Below, piece after piece: positions 7,989 to 17,959 of a stretch of 64,000 nt of DNA. The stretch is from a virus. Its lineage: Duplodnaviria; Caudoviricetes. The DNA lies in the IMG/VR virus record IMGVR_UViG_3300027996_003878; one strand, 5' to 3'. How positions within the stretch are numbered: the first letter of the stretch is position 1; each line of letters begins with the position of its first letter. A program made the translations under genes and the position numbers. The notes below the pieces were generated by a model that saw nothing but the letters and a program-made list of their open reading frames with translations, was not told the DNA's origin and did not search any database.

Positions 7989-10142
7989 CTATTTTATAAT
8001 TTTTTTTATATCAGAGTGAATTTTATTGCTCAAACATAACTTTTCAGGATTTGCAATAAAATTGTCAGGAAGTGGCTCAGAGTGCGTACAGTTAGGATAA
8101 TTCATACAGAATAAAATATTCTGATCATTAAATATAGTTGCATAAAGCTCTCCGTTGCACTTATTGCACTTCTTTCCAAATGGGACCTTGCGAGATCCAT
8201 TGCAGCGCGGATACTTAGAGCAAGAATAAAAAGGCCCCCACTTCCCATTTCTCTTAGACATAGGCGCACTGCACTTTGGGCAAAGCACATTATCAACAAT
8301 ATCTAATTTACTGTCCTTTAAAACTACATCACCATCAACAACATCACAACTCAACGTATTTTTACAATCTGGGTAGTTGTAACAAGCTAAATAAAATCCA
8401 AAAGAACCATGCTTAAGAAGCATTCTTTCATCACAAATGTCACAATTATATCCATAATCTTTTTCCTGAGACAAGTAAGCCTTCTTTAATTGCAATTTAA
8501 ATGAATCATAGAAATTATTCAACATCTCTATGTAAGTCAACTTACCATTTGCAATTAAATCTAAACCCCTCTCTAGCTTTGCAGTGTATTTCACCTCCAT
8601 AAAGTCAAAAAAAGGAACTAACGTTTCTATAACTTTAATACCAATCTCAGTAGGTAAAAAAGAACCTTTATTCTTTTTTACATAATTTCTAATTGATAAT
8701 TTATTTATCGTTTCCGCATATGTCGAAGATCTTCCTATTCCTTTATTCTCTAGCTCTTTAATTAAATGACCTTCGCTAAATCTACTTGGCGGTTTCGTCT
8801 TTTTGCTTACTACATCTACACCGCCTTTATTTAATACAAACCTCTCCCCCTCACTCAAAGAAGGTATTATCTTATTTTTTTTATTACGATCTGCAATAAC
8901 ACCCTCAGCGACATCAAGCCAACCTTTCACCCTTAGAATTCGACCATCTAATTTGAACTTATGCCCGCTTGATGACTGAATCTCAACCGAAGAAACATCA
9001 TATTTAGCCGCAATCATCTGACTTGCAACAAACCTTCTCCAAATTAAATTATAGATTTTTAACTCGTCTTGAGATAAAAATACTTTATCTGGCGTTCGCG
9101 TTACATCTGTGGGCCTAATAGCCTCATGGGCATCTTGAGCGTTATTTTTATTCTTATATGCATTTGACCTAGCTGGAGTTTCGTAACTATTAGCCTTTAG
9201 CCACTTTCTACAAGCAACCACTGATTCTTTTGAACTTCTAACAGAATCAGTGCGCATATACGTTATTAGACCGCTTTCATATAAAACTTGCGCTATCTGC
9301 ATCGTTTTCTTCGTTGTAAACTTATACAAAGAAGAGGCTGATGTCGCCAAGGCAGACGTAATAAGAGGCGGCAACGGCTGTCTGTCTTTGGAATAATTAT
9401 CTATTTTTACAATTTTAAATTGATCATAATCTAAATCACTAGTTATTTTTAATAATTTTTTATTATCTTTTATTGTAGACTCATAATTAGCAACAATTAT
9501 TTTATCTGGAGACGATTTACTCTTCAAACTAACATTAATAGTCCAAAAATCTTCAGACTTAAAATTATTTATATCCTTCTCTCTATCAACAATAAGCCTC
9601 AAAGCAACTGACTGAACTCTCCCTGCCGACAGTTTAGAGCTTAAAACTGAACTTAAATATGGAGAGACCAAAAAACCAACAATCCTATCAAGAACACGTC
9701 TTGCTTGTTGCGAGTCATACAAGTTTGAATTTAAACTAGTCGCGTTCTTTACTGCTTTTTTTACCTCTCTGGAGGTTACTTCATGAAATAAGACTCTATG
9801 AATTGGCACGCCCGTAGAATCCAAGGCGTCAGCTAAGTGCCATGCTATCGCCTCGCCCTCTCTATCAGGGTCAGATGCTATATAAATGTTTTCAATACCA
9901 TGAGCGCTCTCAATAATAACCCTTAATTTATCCTTCTTTCCCTCAATCAAACGATATTTAGGCGTAAAATTATTATCAATATTGATCCCAAGATTAAATT
10001 TACCAGACGTACTAAGGTCCATAATATGACCATAACTTGCACGCACCATATAGTCCTTACCTAAATACTTAGAAATTGTTTTAGCCTTAGCGGGTGACTC
10101 TACAATAAGCAAATTTTTCGGATGATTACCCATAGATAACAC
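7989..10142 (-). CDS. topA: DNA topoisomerase IA with C-terminal Zn ribbons
   Basis: TOPRIM IVESPAKA, DPDREGEAIA, SAGRVQS, catalytic ITYMRTDS, QDAHEAIRP, repeated CxxC...C.YP.C ribbons. Confidence 0.97.
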   Translation of the reverse strand: MLSMGNHPKNLLIVESPAKAKTISKYLGKDYMVRASYGHIMDLSTSGKFNLGINIDNNFTPKYRLIEGKKDKLRVIIESAHGIENIYIASDPDREGEAIAWHLADALDSTGVPIHRVLFHEVTSREVKKAVKNATSLNSNLYDSQQARRVLDRIVGFLVSPYLSSVLSSKLSAGRVQSVALRLIVDREKDINNFKSEDFWTINVSLKSKSSPDKIIVANYESTIKDNKKLLKITSDLDYDQFKIVKIDNYSKDRQPLPPLITSALATSASSLYKFTTKKTMQIAQVLYESGLITYMRTDSVRSSKESVVACRKWLKANSYETPARSNAYKNKNNAQDAHEAIRPTDVTRTPDKVFLSQDELKIYNLIWRRFVASQMIAAKYDVSSVEIQSSSGHKFKLDGRILRVKGWLDVAEGVIADRNKKNKIIPSLSEGERFVLNKGGVDVVSKKTKPPSRFSEGHLIKELENKGIGRSSTYAETINKLSIRNYVKKNKGSFLPTEIGIKVIETLVPFFDFMEVKYTAKLERGLDLIANGKLTYIEMLNNFYDSFKLQLKKAYLSQEKDYGYNCDICDERMLLKHGSFGFYLACYNYPDCKNTLSCDVVDGDVVLKDSKLDIVDNVLCPKCSAPMSKRNGKWGPFYSCSKYPRCNGSRKVPFGKKCNKCNGELYATIFNDQNILFCMNYPNCTHSEPLPDNFIANPEKLCLSNKIHSDIKKIIK

Positions 10143-10145
10143 CTA

Positions 10146-10691
10146 TTGCTTAGCCAGCTTAGCATCGACAAAGCTTTAAGGAGCCGCCCTGCGATGCCAA
10201 TAAATATATATATAACCATGAACAATGAAGGCGTAATTCAAGCCCTAAGTTTATTGGACTTCTTTAAAGAAGACATCCAAAATATACCAAATTGCAGCTC
10301 TGAAACGAAATCGTATATATTACAGGTACTAAAAGAACCAGAAAAATTTTATCAGGAAATTTCCGGTAAGAGCATCACTTTGCTGTACGCCGATGCCAGC
10401 TTCAACTTCGACTTCAAATTATTTCAAATGATTGGTGACTTTTTGTTATTTTCAAAAGGAATACTGCCTAACTCGTTAAACGGTGCGTCTTTAAATTATT
10501 ATAATAATATAGCAATTAGCTCTTATAGGTCTTGTCATTTATTGCTTCAAAAGCAATGGCCCTTATTCGCAGAGCTTGCAAGCAATTTTTTAATAATAAC
10601 AAAATATATACAATCAATACTTGAAATTAAAATAAAAGAAAGCGAAGAAGATAAAGGTGAATTAATAAAAATAATTAATCCAAAAAAATAA
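10146..10691 (+). CDS. Hypothetical protein (true start possibly downstream)
   Basis: 181 aa ORF, divergent from topA. Confidence 0.6.
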   Translation: MLSQLSIDKALRSRPAMPINIYITMNNEGVIQALSLLDFFKEDIQNIPNCSSETKSYILQVLKEPEKFYQEISGKSITLLYADASFNFDFKLFQMIGDFLLFSKGILPNSLNGASLNYYNNIAISSYRSCHLLLQKQWPLFAELASNFLIITKYIQSILEIKIKESEEDKGELIKIINPKK

Positions 10692-10693
10692 TT

Positions 10694-11062
10694 ATGTATA
10701 TATTTAATTTTATAACTCTAACCGCCGCCAAGATAATAAGTGATTCTGACGTTTTTGCTATTGAAAGAATCTTTACTGACCTTATTGGCAAATATGGGTG
10801 GCTATTTATTGGGGCTTTCTTTACTTTGTTATTTAAAAACCTTGTATCTAATATTTTAGCTGGCATGATGTTCATGTTTGGAAGTGATTTTGATACAGAT
10901 GATGTTGTATTTATCGATGGTGAGAAAAAAGCAAGGATAGTAAGACAAACTCCCACAAAAACCGTATTTCATATTATCGAAAGCGACAGAAAGCTAATAG
11001 TTCCAAATATTGATCTATATAAACTAAAAATAGAAAAGATTCTTCCAGAAGCAAAAGATTAA
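10694..11062 (+). CDS. Minimal MscS-like protein (TM plus Sm-like beta domain)
   Basis: TM segment then FDTDDVVFIDG...TKT...LIVPNIDL, resembling the MscS F..GD.I...T...IPN pattern. Confidence 0.6.
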   Translation: MYIFNFITLTAAKIISDSDVFAIERIFTDLIGKYGWLFIGAFFTLLFKNLVSNILAGMMFMFGSDFDTDDVVFIDGEKKARIVRQTPTKTVFHIIESDRKLIVPNIDLYKLKIEKILPEAKD

Positions 11063-11066
11063 TAAG

Positions 11067-11968
11067 GTGATGAGTAAGTTTAATAAAGTTGTGGGGAACA
11101 CGCCGTTAATAATGATTAATGAACGTGTATACGGAAAGCTTGAAACATACAACCCAACAGGTTCCGTAAAAGATAGAGTGATAAGCTATATTGTTGATGA
11201 AGCAGTCTCTAATAATATAATAAATAATAAAACAATTCTCTGTGAGGCAACAAGCGGTAATCAGGAATTGCCCTTAGCGCTATAGCTGCATCATTAGGTT
11301 TAAAATGTAAAATATTTATGCCATCCAATATGTCAGATGAGCGTAAAAAAATGATGAAGGTCTTCGGATCAGAGATAATCGAATCACCTCCAAACGATTT
11401 TGAGCATGCAATTAATTCTCGCGACCAATTCATATCCAAGACAGAAAACGCCTGGTCTCCGATGCAATTTAGCAACCCTAAGAACATCGAGTGTCACCGA
11501 AAAACAACGGCACCAGAAATTTGCAAGAACGCTTGCGGAATTTCAAAAAATCTTAGCGCATTTATACACGGCTCAGGTACCGGCGGAACAATAGAGGGAG
11601 TAAGGCAATTTTTTCAAAACAAAGACCCAGTTAGATGTTGGGGTAAATGTCAGTATAAATCAAGCGAGCAAAGCCCTAAAATAATAATGGTAGTGCCAGA
11701 CGAAGAGATACATGGAATACAAGGTATCGCTGATGGGAAAGATTTTCTAGCCAAATCATCAGACATGGATGAGGTGATTAGAATTACAACACAAGATGCG
11801 ATTGACAGGGCAAAACTTTTTGCAAAAGAGACAGGTATACTCGTCGGGATAAGCTCAGGAGCAAACATTTTAGCATCCGAAAGATGGGTTAAAGAAAACG
11901 ACCCAGACGGAATAGTAATCACTATTCTATGTGATCGAGGCGAAAGGTATATGTCTATTTATAATTAA
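11067..11968 (+). pseudogene. cysK: Cysteine synthase (CysK/CysM family) broken by a 1-nt deletion near 11262
   Basis: VGNTPL, KLETYNPTGSVKDR, EATSGN-[T]GIAL (AAT CA GGA lacks one base), GSGTGGTIEG, GISSGA, LCDRGERY. Confidence 0.92.
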
Positions 11969-11975
11969 TTTATAA

Positions 11976-12179
11976 TTATTTTTTTTTCAATTCATCATAA
12001 CCACCATACAATTGAGTTAATTCTTGCAACTCATCCAATTTAGATTTTTTTCTATACGGGCAATGCCGACAATCATTGTCACAACAATAACCTCTCTTCA
12101 GCAAGAACGATGCAGTCAGAACGACAAAGCCATCTTCAATATAAAAATCTTTGCCTTCAATTAATTTTTTATTACTCAT
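11976..12179 (-). CDS. DUF5522-like Cys-rich small protein
   Basis: DFYIEDGFVVLTASFLLKRGYCCDNDCRHCPY. Confidence 0.75.
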   Translation of the reverse strand: MSNKKLIEGKDFYIEDGFVVLTASFLLKRGYCCDNDCRHCPYRKKSKLDELQELTQLYGGYDELKKK

Positions 12180-12186
12180 AAATATT

Positions 12187-13044
12187 TTAATTTTTAAATT
12201 TAAAAGAAGACTCGTGTAATGTTTGGCGAATTAATCTCTTCTTTCTTTTTTTTGCTAAAAAGGCATCCATAGAGCGTAATTCAACAACTAATAGTCGGCT
12301 AGGCGAGCCACAATCTAGCATCATGAATTCTTCTCTTATTAAAGGCTTATAACTTGAACTGCCTAATTTTACCAACTCCTTATAATTGGCGCCGGCAACA
12401 ATTGTTTTACCACTTAATGCACTTACTTTCTCGCCCATACCAATGCTTCTAATTACACTAGTGCAAAGCTTCCTATCAAAAAACAAGCTCTGGAAAGAGC
12501 TGCCTTCCAGATCTTTATCTAAATCTAAGCCAGCATGTACAAAAATATAATCCTCTAAATGGTAGTAATTAATTGTATGATTTATTAAAAAATTAACATG
12601 AACTTCGGGTATTAAATTTAATATCCTGTCAGTCGTCAAACAATGAGGGTTTACATCTGATACGTTAAATCTTTTAAGATACCCAGAGATAGTCTCGTAG
12701 CCGCCACTACGAAGCCAAACGCTGATTGCATCCTCGCTGCACTCAAACGAAAATGGCTTGTCAATGACACCTAGCTTCCTTAAAATACACGCCTCTGTCG
12801 CGCCTCTTAAAAAGACAACCCTATCACCAAATTTCTCTTTTATGTCAATTAAATAATCAAAAACATAAGCAGATTGCTCTGTTTTGCCTGTATAATTGCC
12901 TAAAAATACTAAAGTATCATTGCCGCCATCGCTCTTACGTAGCGGTAAGATTCGAGCACAAATATTTTTTAATAAATCTAAAGAGCCGCGTATATCAGGA
13001 ATTACATATATGCAATTCAGAAAGGACGGACGCCACTTACTCAT
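12187..13044 (-). CDS. Metallophosphoesterase (PPP/calcineurin-like) homologue with degenerate metal-binding motifs
   Basis: PDIRG (vs GDIHG), FLGNYTGK (vs GDYIDRG), LRGATE (vs GNHE), FVHAG retained. Confidence 0.8.
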   Translation of the reverse strand: MSKWRPSFLNCIYVIPDIRGSLDLLKNICARILPLRKSDGGNDTLVFLGNYTGKTEQSAYVFDYLIDIKEKFGDRVVFLRGATEACILRKLGVIDKPFSFECSEDAISVWLRSGGYETISGYLKRFNVSDVNPHCLTTDRILNLIPEVHVNFLINHTINYYHLEDYIFVHAGLDLDKDLEGSSFQSLFFDRKLCTSVIRSIGMGEKVSALSGKTIVAGANYKELVKLGSSSYKPLIREEFMMLDCGSPSRLLVVELRSMDAFLAKKRKKRLIRQTLHESSFKFKN

Positions 13045-13052
13045 TAAATTGC

Positions 13053-13517
13053 TTAAAATGAATCAAATGCTTTGACAACACCTTCAACGACAGAAGGATC
13101 TGACGAAACACAAGTATAATCAAGGGTATCACTTACAACATCACTTTTAGATCTCTTAACGTACAATGCCCCTGACTCAAAAACATAAAATGATTCACTG
13201 ACACTTCGTGAAGTTTCGCTCTTATAAATCAGCCTGCCGTCCATAGACCTCACAAGCTTAAGAACATCAGCATCTTTTGAAGAAGTTGAAATATACCGAC
13301 TAACATCATGCAAACACGAATTCGTAGATAACGATTGAAAAAATAAAGACAATCGAGTGAAATTTATCAGATTACTAGGACTGAATTCTTTAGTATCTGG
13401 ATAAGAGTAAAATTGCCACCACTTTGGCTTTGCCGGCTGTCCAGCGGCAGTGCCGCCTAAACCTTTTAGCATTTCCATTAACTCATTCATATCAGGCATT
13501 TTAGTTTGATTCATCAA
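13053..13517 (-). CDS. Hypothetical protein
   Basis: 154 aa ORF. Confidence 0.7.
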   Translation of the reverse strand: MMNQTKMPDMNELMEMLKGLGGTAAGQPAKPKWWQFYSYPDTKEFSPSNLINFTRLSLFFQSLSTNSCLHDVSRYISTSSKDADVLKLVRSMDGRLIYKSETSRSVSESFYVFESGALYVKRSKSDVVSDTLDYTCVSSDPSVVEGVVKAFDSF

Positions 13518-13577
13518 TAATTCCTCTCCATATAAGTTCCACTAAAAAGCTTGTGTTATCGAAGAATAAAGTTAAAA

Positions 13578-15077
13578 TTAACATCTCTTTTTTCTAACTT
13601 CTCTTTTTTTATTGTTTAATCTAAAATAAACGCTATCAACTATTTGCCTCCTGATTCGTTGCAAGAATACAAGACTATCTATCTCATAATGTGATGGAAT
13701 TCTAAAATGAGTTACATGAACCGGAGTTCCCGGCAACACAGTGTCATTCATAGATATCTTAGAAAAACTATACTCTTTTACAGCGCCCATTAAAGATTCC
13801 TCAGCGTCTAGGCTCTTTACATCTATAAGCCTACCAATAAAACAAGGCCCATAATCCTTAAACTTTCTACCACCAATATATTTTTCTTCGGTTTTGTTTG
13901 GAATTGTTCTTTTTTCAGTGACATGAGCCTTAAACTCACTGATGCCTAAAAACAATGCTAAATTAGGATCTGTTAAAGAGACAATATCAATTGTTTCGCC
14001 ATTTTTTACAATAGAGAATGGCAAGTAATTTTCAACTAATTTTGAATATTCTTGAAAAATTCTTGCATGGATAGGAAAATCTGCCGTTTGATGTTTTAAA
14101 TGAACAAGATAAGAAATCATTTCTTCTGGAAAGTTTGCAAGCATTATCTTAAATGCTTCGTACATCAACTTCTTCTTCACAAAGGTAGACTTGTTCTGAT
14201 TTCTTGATATTAATCTAATTTGATTTTCGATGACATCTTTAAGGACATCATGCTCACGTATGAATCTTTGCTTATGCTCCAACTGATCGTCAGCAAAAAC
14301 GATTTTATAATCTGTTAAAGTATCCTCAAGCGTAAAATCGCCTCCGTCACCTTGGTTTAAACTGAAATTAAGGCTTAAAATATTTCTTGAAAATTGCTTA
14401 GTGGGGTGACTTTTTTTATCTAAATTATAACTTGCCCCGCAGTAAGAGCAATTAATGTAAGGGCAAGAGACACCAAACTCTGTCGCAGATGATTCAGGAA
14501 TAAACCGGACGCATTCTGGACAGCGATAGCCTTTCTTGGAATGCTTAACAAAGGCCCTATGAAGCATGAGTCTAGACTCCAGAGAGGCCTTTTCTTCAAC
14601 AGATGTAACTCTATCAATTTTATTCGAAATGATATTTATTTCTTTCGCACACTCCTTACACCGAAAATACTTTCCATCTTTATCAAGCCTCTCAATTTTT
14701 CCATAACACCTACAAGCGGGACATATAGGGGCAGTGACTTTTTCTTGCGTATTATTTTCTTTGTAAATTTTTATTGGAAGAATATTAATACATTTTAATA
14801 AGTATAAATTTAAATCTCTTCCGTCCCTCCAATGCTGTAATTTACAAAAGAAAACATAAAGAGCATTTCTAAGCTCTTGCTTTGCTCTTGCTCGAAACGA
14901 GCGTAACAAACTTTCCGGTACCTCGTCCGACAATTTTAAATTGTAAGCTTTGTATATCAAACGATCTATTTTCGACTTATACAATTCAAAAATATCATTT
15001 AATATCCAATTATCTATGTCGTTTTCAGTAATTTTATCGATAATTTGATTAAGCTTGAAAAAAATATTGTCAACCAT
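13578..15077 (-). CDS. Large Zn-ribbon protein with sigma70-like segments (probable start MVDNIFF at 15077)
   Basis: CPAC/CKEC/CPEC/CPYINC pairs; LSLNFSL..GDGGDFTLEDTL resembles sigma region 3.2; a terminator lies over the longer 15176 start. Confidence 0.7.
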   Translation of the reverse strand: MVDNIFFKLNQIIDKITENDIDNWILNDIFELYKSKIDRLIYKAYNLKLSDEVPESLLRSFRARAKQELRNALYVFFCKLQHWRDGRDLNLYLLKCINILPIKIYKENNTQEKVTAPICPACRCYGKIERLDKDGKYFRCKECAKEINIISNKIDRVTSVEEKASLESRLMLHRAFVKHSKKGYRCPECVRFIPESSATEFGVSCPYINCSYCGASYNLDKKSHPTKQFSRNILSLNFSLNQGDGGDFTLEDTLTDYKIVFADDQLEHKQRFIREHDVLKDVIENQIRLISRNQNKSTFVKKKLMYEAFKIMLANFPEEMISYLVHLKHQTADFPIHARIFQEYSKLVENYLPFSIVKNGETIDIVSLTDPNLALFLGISEFKAHVTEKRTIPNKTEEKYIGGRKFKDYGPCFIGRLIDVKSLDAEESLMGAVKEYSFSKISMNDTVLPGTPVHVTHFRIPSHYEIDSLVFLQRIRRQIVDSVYFRLNNKKREVRKKRC

Positions 15078-15141
15078 GCTTTTGTCTGTGATTAAAGGCA
15101 GATTAATTAACCGAACGACGCTTTTTAGGCTAATTAGAAGC

Positions 15142-15173
15142 AAAAAAAAGCCGAGATATGACCTATCTCGGCT
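15142..15173 (-). terminator. Rho-independent terminator after the FtsK-like gene
   Basis: 10-bp stem AGCCGAGATA/TATCTCGGCT, 5-nt loop, U-tract on the minus strand. Confidence 0.8.
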
Positions 15174-15239
15174 CATTGTCGTAACTCGACTAAAGCATAA
15201 TGCACGTATAACAAATACACAAATTCATTATTTTTTCAT

Positions 15240-16250
15240 CTAAGGCGCTATGTAAGCTGATTGAAACCGTACCTCTCCAAGCGAGGGGCTAATTAAAATG
15301 GCATCACCCTTACCCGCCAACAATTCGGCCCCTGGCCGGTCGATGATAACCTGAGAGTCCACTCTAGAGCTTGTACGGCACGCAATTCGTGCAGGAAAGT
15401 TCGCCTTAATTAGGCCCGTCAAGATGTCAACTGAAGGCCTCTGCGTCGCCACAATAATATGAATTCCGCATGCTCTTGATTTCTGAGCAATTTTAACAAG
15501 AAGTCTTTCAAATAAATTATTCTTATCATCCGTAATTAAATCAGCCACTTCGTCAATTACAATTAATATTTTTGAAAACAAGTTAGGCTTTTTCTTCAAG
15601 TCATTGACTCCACGCCTACTCATGATCGCATATCTTTTTTCCATTATTTTTTGGATTTTTTCAAGCATTTTTATTGTCGCATTAAGATCATTGCAAATTA
15701 CTTTCGCCTTGCGTTTATAAGAAGAAAATTCTACACGCTTAGGATCTACCAAATACAAATCAATATTCTGAAAATTCAATGCATTATAAATTAGGTTATG
15801 CAAAAGAACGCTTTTGCCAGAACCCGTTGTACCTGCAATTAGCAAATGGGGGTTATCACTCATATCCAAATGCAATGGCATACCGTGATCTGTCTCTCCA
15901 ATAACAAGCGGGAAAAAACCTCTTAAATTATTACGCTCACGCTTGTACAGTTCTTTGAGACATAGGGCCTTAGAGTCCCCACGAGTTCCCTGAAGCCGAA
16001 CAACCCCTTCTTCAGGGATTAGTTTACATGTCAGATTAGATTTTGTTTTTAAATACAAAGAGATTTCATCTATATATTTTTTAATCTCAGCTACACGATG
16101 GCCAGTTTTAATCATCGCATCATAGCTAACAAAATGACGATGCTCTCGTGCATTAACACAAACAGCGCCGATCTTAAAAGACTGAAACGCTTTATTTAAC
16201 TCCAACCTCATTGCAGAACTCATGACAGCATCGCAACCTTTCCAGACCAT
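15240..16250 (-). CDS. FtsK/SpoIIIE-family DNA translocase ATPase domain (no TM region)
   Basis: PHLLIAGTTGSGKS, LVDPKRVEF, IVIDEVADL, RACGIHIIVATQRPSVDILTGLIKANFPARIA...GAELLAGKGD. Confidence 0.93.
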   Translation of the reverse strand: MVWKGCDAVMSSAMRLELNKAFQSFKIGAVCVNAREHRHFVSYDAMIKTGHRVAEIKKYIDEISLYLKTKSNLTCKLIPEEGVVRLQGTRGDSKALCLKELYKRERNNLRGFFPLVIGETDHGMPLHLDMSDNPHLLIAGTTGSGKSVLLHNLIYNALNFQNIDLYLVDPKRVEFSSYKRKAKVICNDLNATIKMLEKIQKIMEKRYAIMSRRGVNDLKKKPNLFSKILIVIDEVADLITDDKNNLFERLLVKIAQKSRACGIHIIVATQRPSVDILTGLIKANFPARIACRTSSRVDSQVIIDRPGAELLAGKGDAILISPSLGEVRFQSAYIAP

Positions 16251-16411
16251 CTACCCTGATGCATACTCCACTCAAGTATCCGCCTGAACATAAAAACATG
16301 ATCAGAATTATAATAATTAATCCTTAACGGCTCTTGATCAATAAATTCTTTGATTTTTTTATTGCTAAATATACTTTTATAAGTTGACTTACGCATCTTA
16401 ATTAAATTCAA
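16220..16411 (-). CDS. Hypothetical small protein
   Basis: 63 aa ORF coupled to neighbours. Confidence 0.45.
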   Translation of the reverse strand: MNLIKMRKSTYKSIFSNKKIKEFIDQEPLRINYYNSDHVFMFRRILEWSMHQGRWSGKVAMLS

Positions 16412-16674
16412 TTTTTTTTTACCAAGTCTTTGTTGAAAAAATGAGCGCTAATATCTTTGTAAAGAAAATGCACATCCATGGACAATTCTTTACATACTCG
16501 CCTATGATCTTTTTTAAAAAGATCTTTTCCCTCATTGAACAAAAACTGATTACTTTTACCAGTAACTCTGTCGTTTGCCCGTAATTTAGCCCTAACGACT
16601 CTTTTCAACTCATCGCATCTTTCGCCATTTCCAGATGCAACTAAAACACTAAATAATTTTGGTATTGTCACCAC
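16408..16674 (-). CDS. Hypothetical protein
   Basis: 88 aa ORF. Confidence 0.55.
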   Translation of the reverse strand: MVTIPKLFSVLVASGNGERCDELKRVVRAKLRANDRVTGKSNQFLFNEGKDLFKKDHRRVCKELSMDVHFLYKDISAHFFNKDLVKKN

Positions 16675-16741
16675 AACTTTGAACTCCTCATGATTATAAA
16701 TTTAACCACTGAAGCTCACAGTGCAAGTTTTTTAATAATTA

Positions 16742-17161
16742 CTAGTGCTGTTTTTTTATTTTTTGAGCAATTTTTAATAATTTATCACTTCTTGAGATAC
16801 TAGAATCTTTTAACAATTCAACCTTATCTCCTAATTTAATTTTAAATTTGATTGCATGGCCAAAAGGTAACTCGATAACCATGTCAGAAGGCTCATTCGG
16901 GCCAACAGACTCTGTACTGAAGGGCACTCCCTTACAGATATCTATAATCTTACCTTTTTTACAGAAAATGATATCTAAAGGCGACGGCGTATCCTTCATC
17001 CAAAACTTCCTAACCATTGGAGTTCTGTAGGGAAAGACCATGCAATTTGGCGGCCACTCAACGCCCATCAATCCCTTTTGATACTCAAGTGAGCAAGTGG
17101 GAATAATTACATCAAAAATATGTTCATTTATTTTTATAATACCAGACTTCATTACTACCAA
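16742..17161 (-). CDS. DUF192-family protein
   Basis: QKGLM...MVF...FWMKDTPSPLDIIF...VIELP.G. Confidence 0.88.
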   Translation of the reverse strand: MVVMKSGIIKINEHIFDVIIPTCSLEYQKGLMGVEWPPNCMVFPYRTPMVRKFWMKDTPSPLDIIFCKKGKIIDICKGVPFSTESVGPNEPSDMVIELPFGHAIKFKIKLGDKVELLKDSSISRSDKLLKIAQKIKKQH

Positions 17162-17203
17162 CCTTGCTAATTAATATTATATAGTTAATAACAAATTATT
17201 AAT

Positions 17204-17857
17204 TTATTTTATCTTTGATGCCTTGTCAGTAATTTTCTTTTTTTTTAATGGCTTATCAATAAGTCTAGGTATGTCTTTTTTAGGTCTTATTATTTTATCA
17301 ATTAAACCATAATTCAGCGCCTCTTCCGCTGTAAAATATTTATCCGTAACACAGTCTTTTCTTATTTTGTCCAAAGTCTTGCCGCAATGTCTGGCCAAAA
17401 TATTCATAAGCACTTCGTTCAACTCCTTAACTCTATTTGATTCCAGTTCAATTTCTTTTTGACTGCCCTGAATTCCCCAAACTTGAACTGCATGAATCAT
17501 TACCTTAGAGTGCTGGTAGGCAAATCGCTTACCCTTAGTGCCTGCCGATAAAATAACAGCAGCAGCAGAGTAGGCTTCTCCTATACAAATCGTCCTAACC
17601 GGAGATTCAATAAATTGAATTGTATCATATATAGTTAATAAACCATCATTAACAGTGCCGCCTGGACTATTAATATAAATTGAAATATCTTCTTTATTAT
17701 TTTGCGAATCAAGCCAAAATAAAGTAGCAGTGAATGCAGTTGCGACTTCGGCGTCAATTTCGTCATGCAAAAATAGTATTCTATCTTTTGCTAATCGAGA
17801 ATAAATATCATATACAGCTTCACCGCCCTTGACTTTTTCATAAATCATCGGATGCAT
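17204..17857 (-). CDS. clpP: ATP-dependent Clp protease proteolytic subunit
   Basis: YDIYSRLAKDRILFL, YINSPGG, nucleophile AYSAAA, MIH, DKYFTAEEALNYGLID. Confidence 0.96.
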   Translation of the reverse strand: MHPMIYEKVKGGEAVYDIYSRLAKDRILFLHDEIDAEVATAFTATLFWLDSQNNKEDISIYINSPGGTVNDGLLTIYDTIQFIESPVRTICIGEAYSAAAVILSAGTKGKRFAYQHSKVMIHAVQVWGIQGSQKEIELESNRVKELNEVLMNILARHCGKTLDKIRKDCVTDKYFTAEEALNYGLIDKIIRPKKDIPRLIDKPLKKKKITDKASKIK

Positions 17858-17904
17858 ATTTGTAATAATTAAATGTTAAAGATCTTCACGACATAAAAAG
17901 AAAA

Positions 17905-17936
17905 ATAAAAAACCCGCCAAATTGGCGGGCTTTTTT
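17905..17936. terminator. Bidirectional Rho-independent terminator
   Basis: CCCGCCAA/TTGGCGGG inverted repeat flanked by A- and T-tracts. Confidence 0.85.
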
Positions 17937-17959
17937 ATGACTAATATTTTAAGCTTAAA

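Noticed and set aside
15078-15176. N-terminal 33 codons of the ORF-track 532 aa protein
   Set aside because: They overlap a strong terminator hairpin (15142-15173); the ATG at 15077 is the more plausible start.
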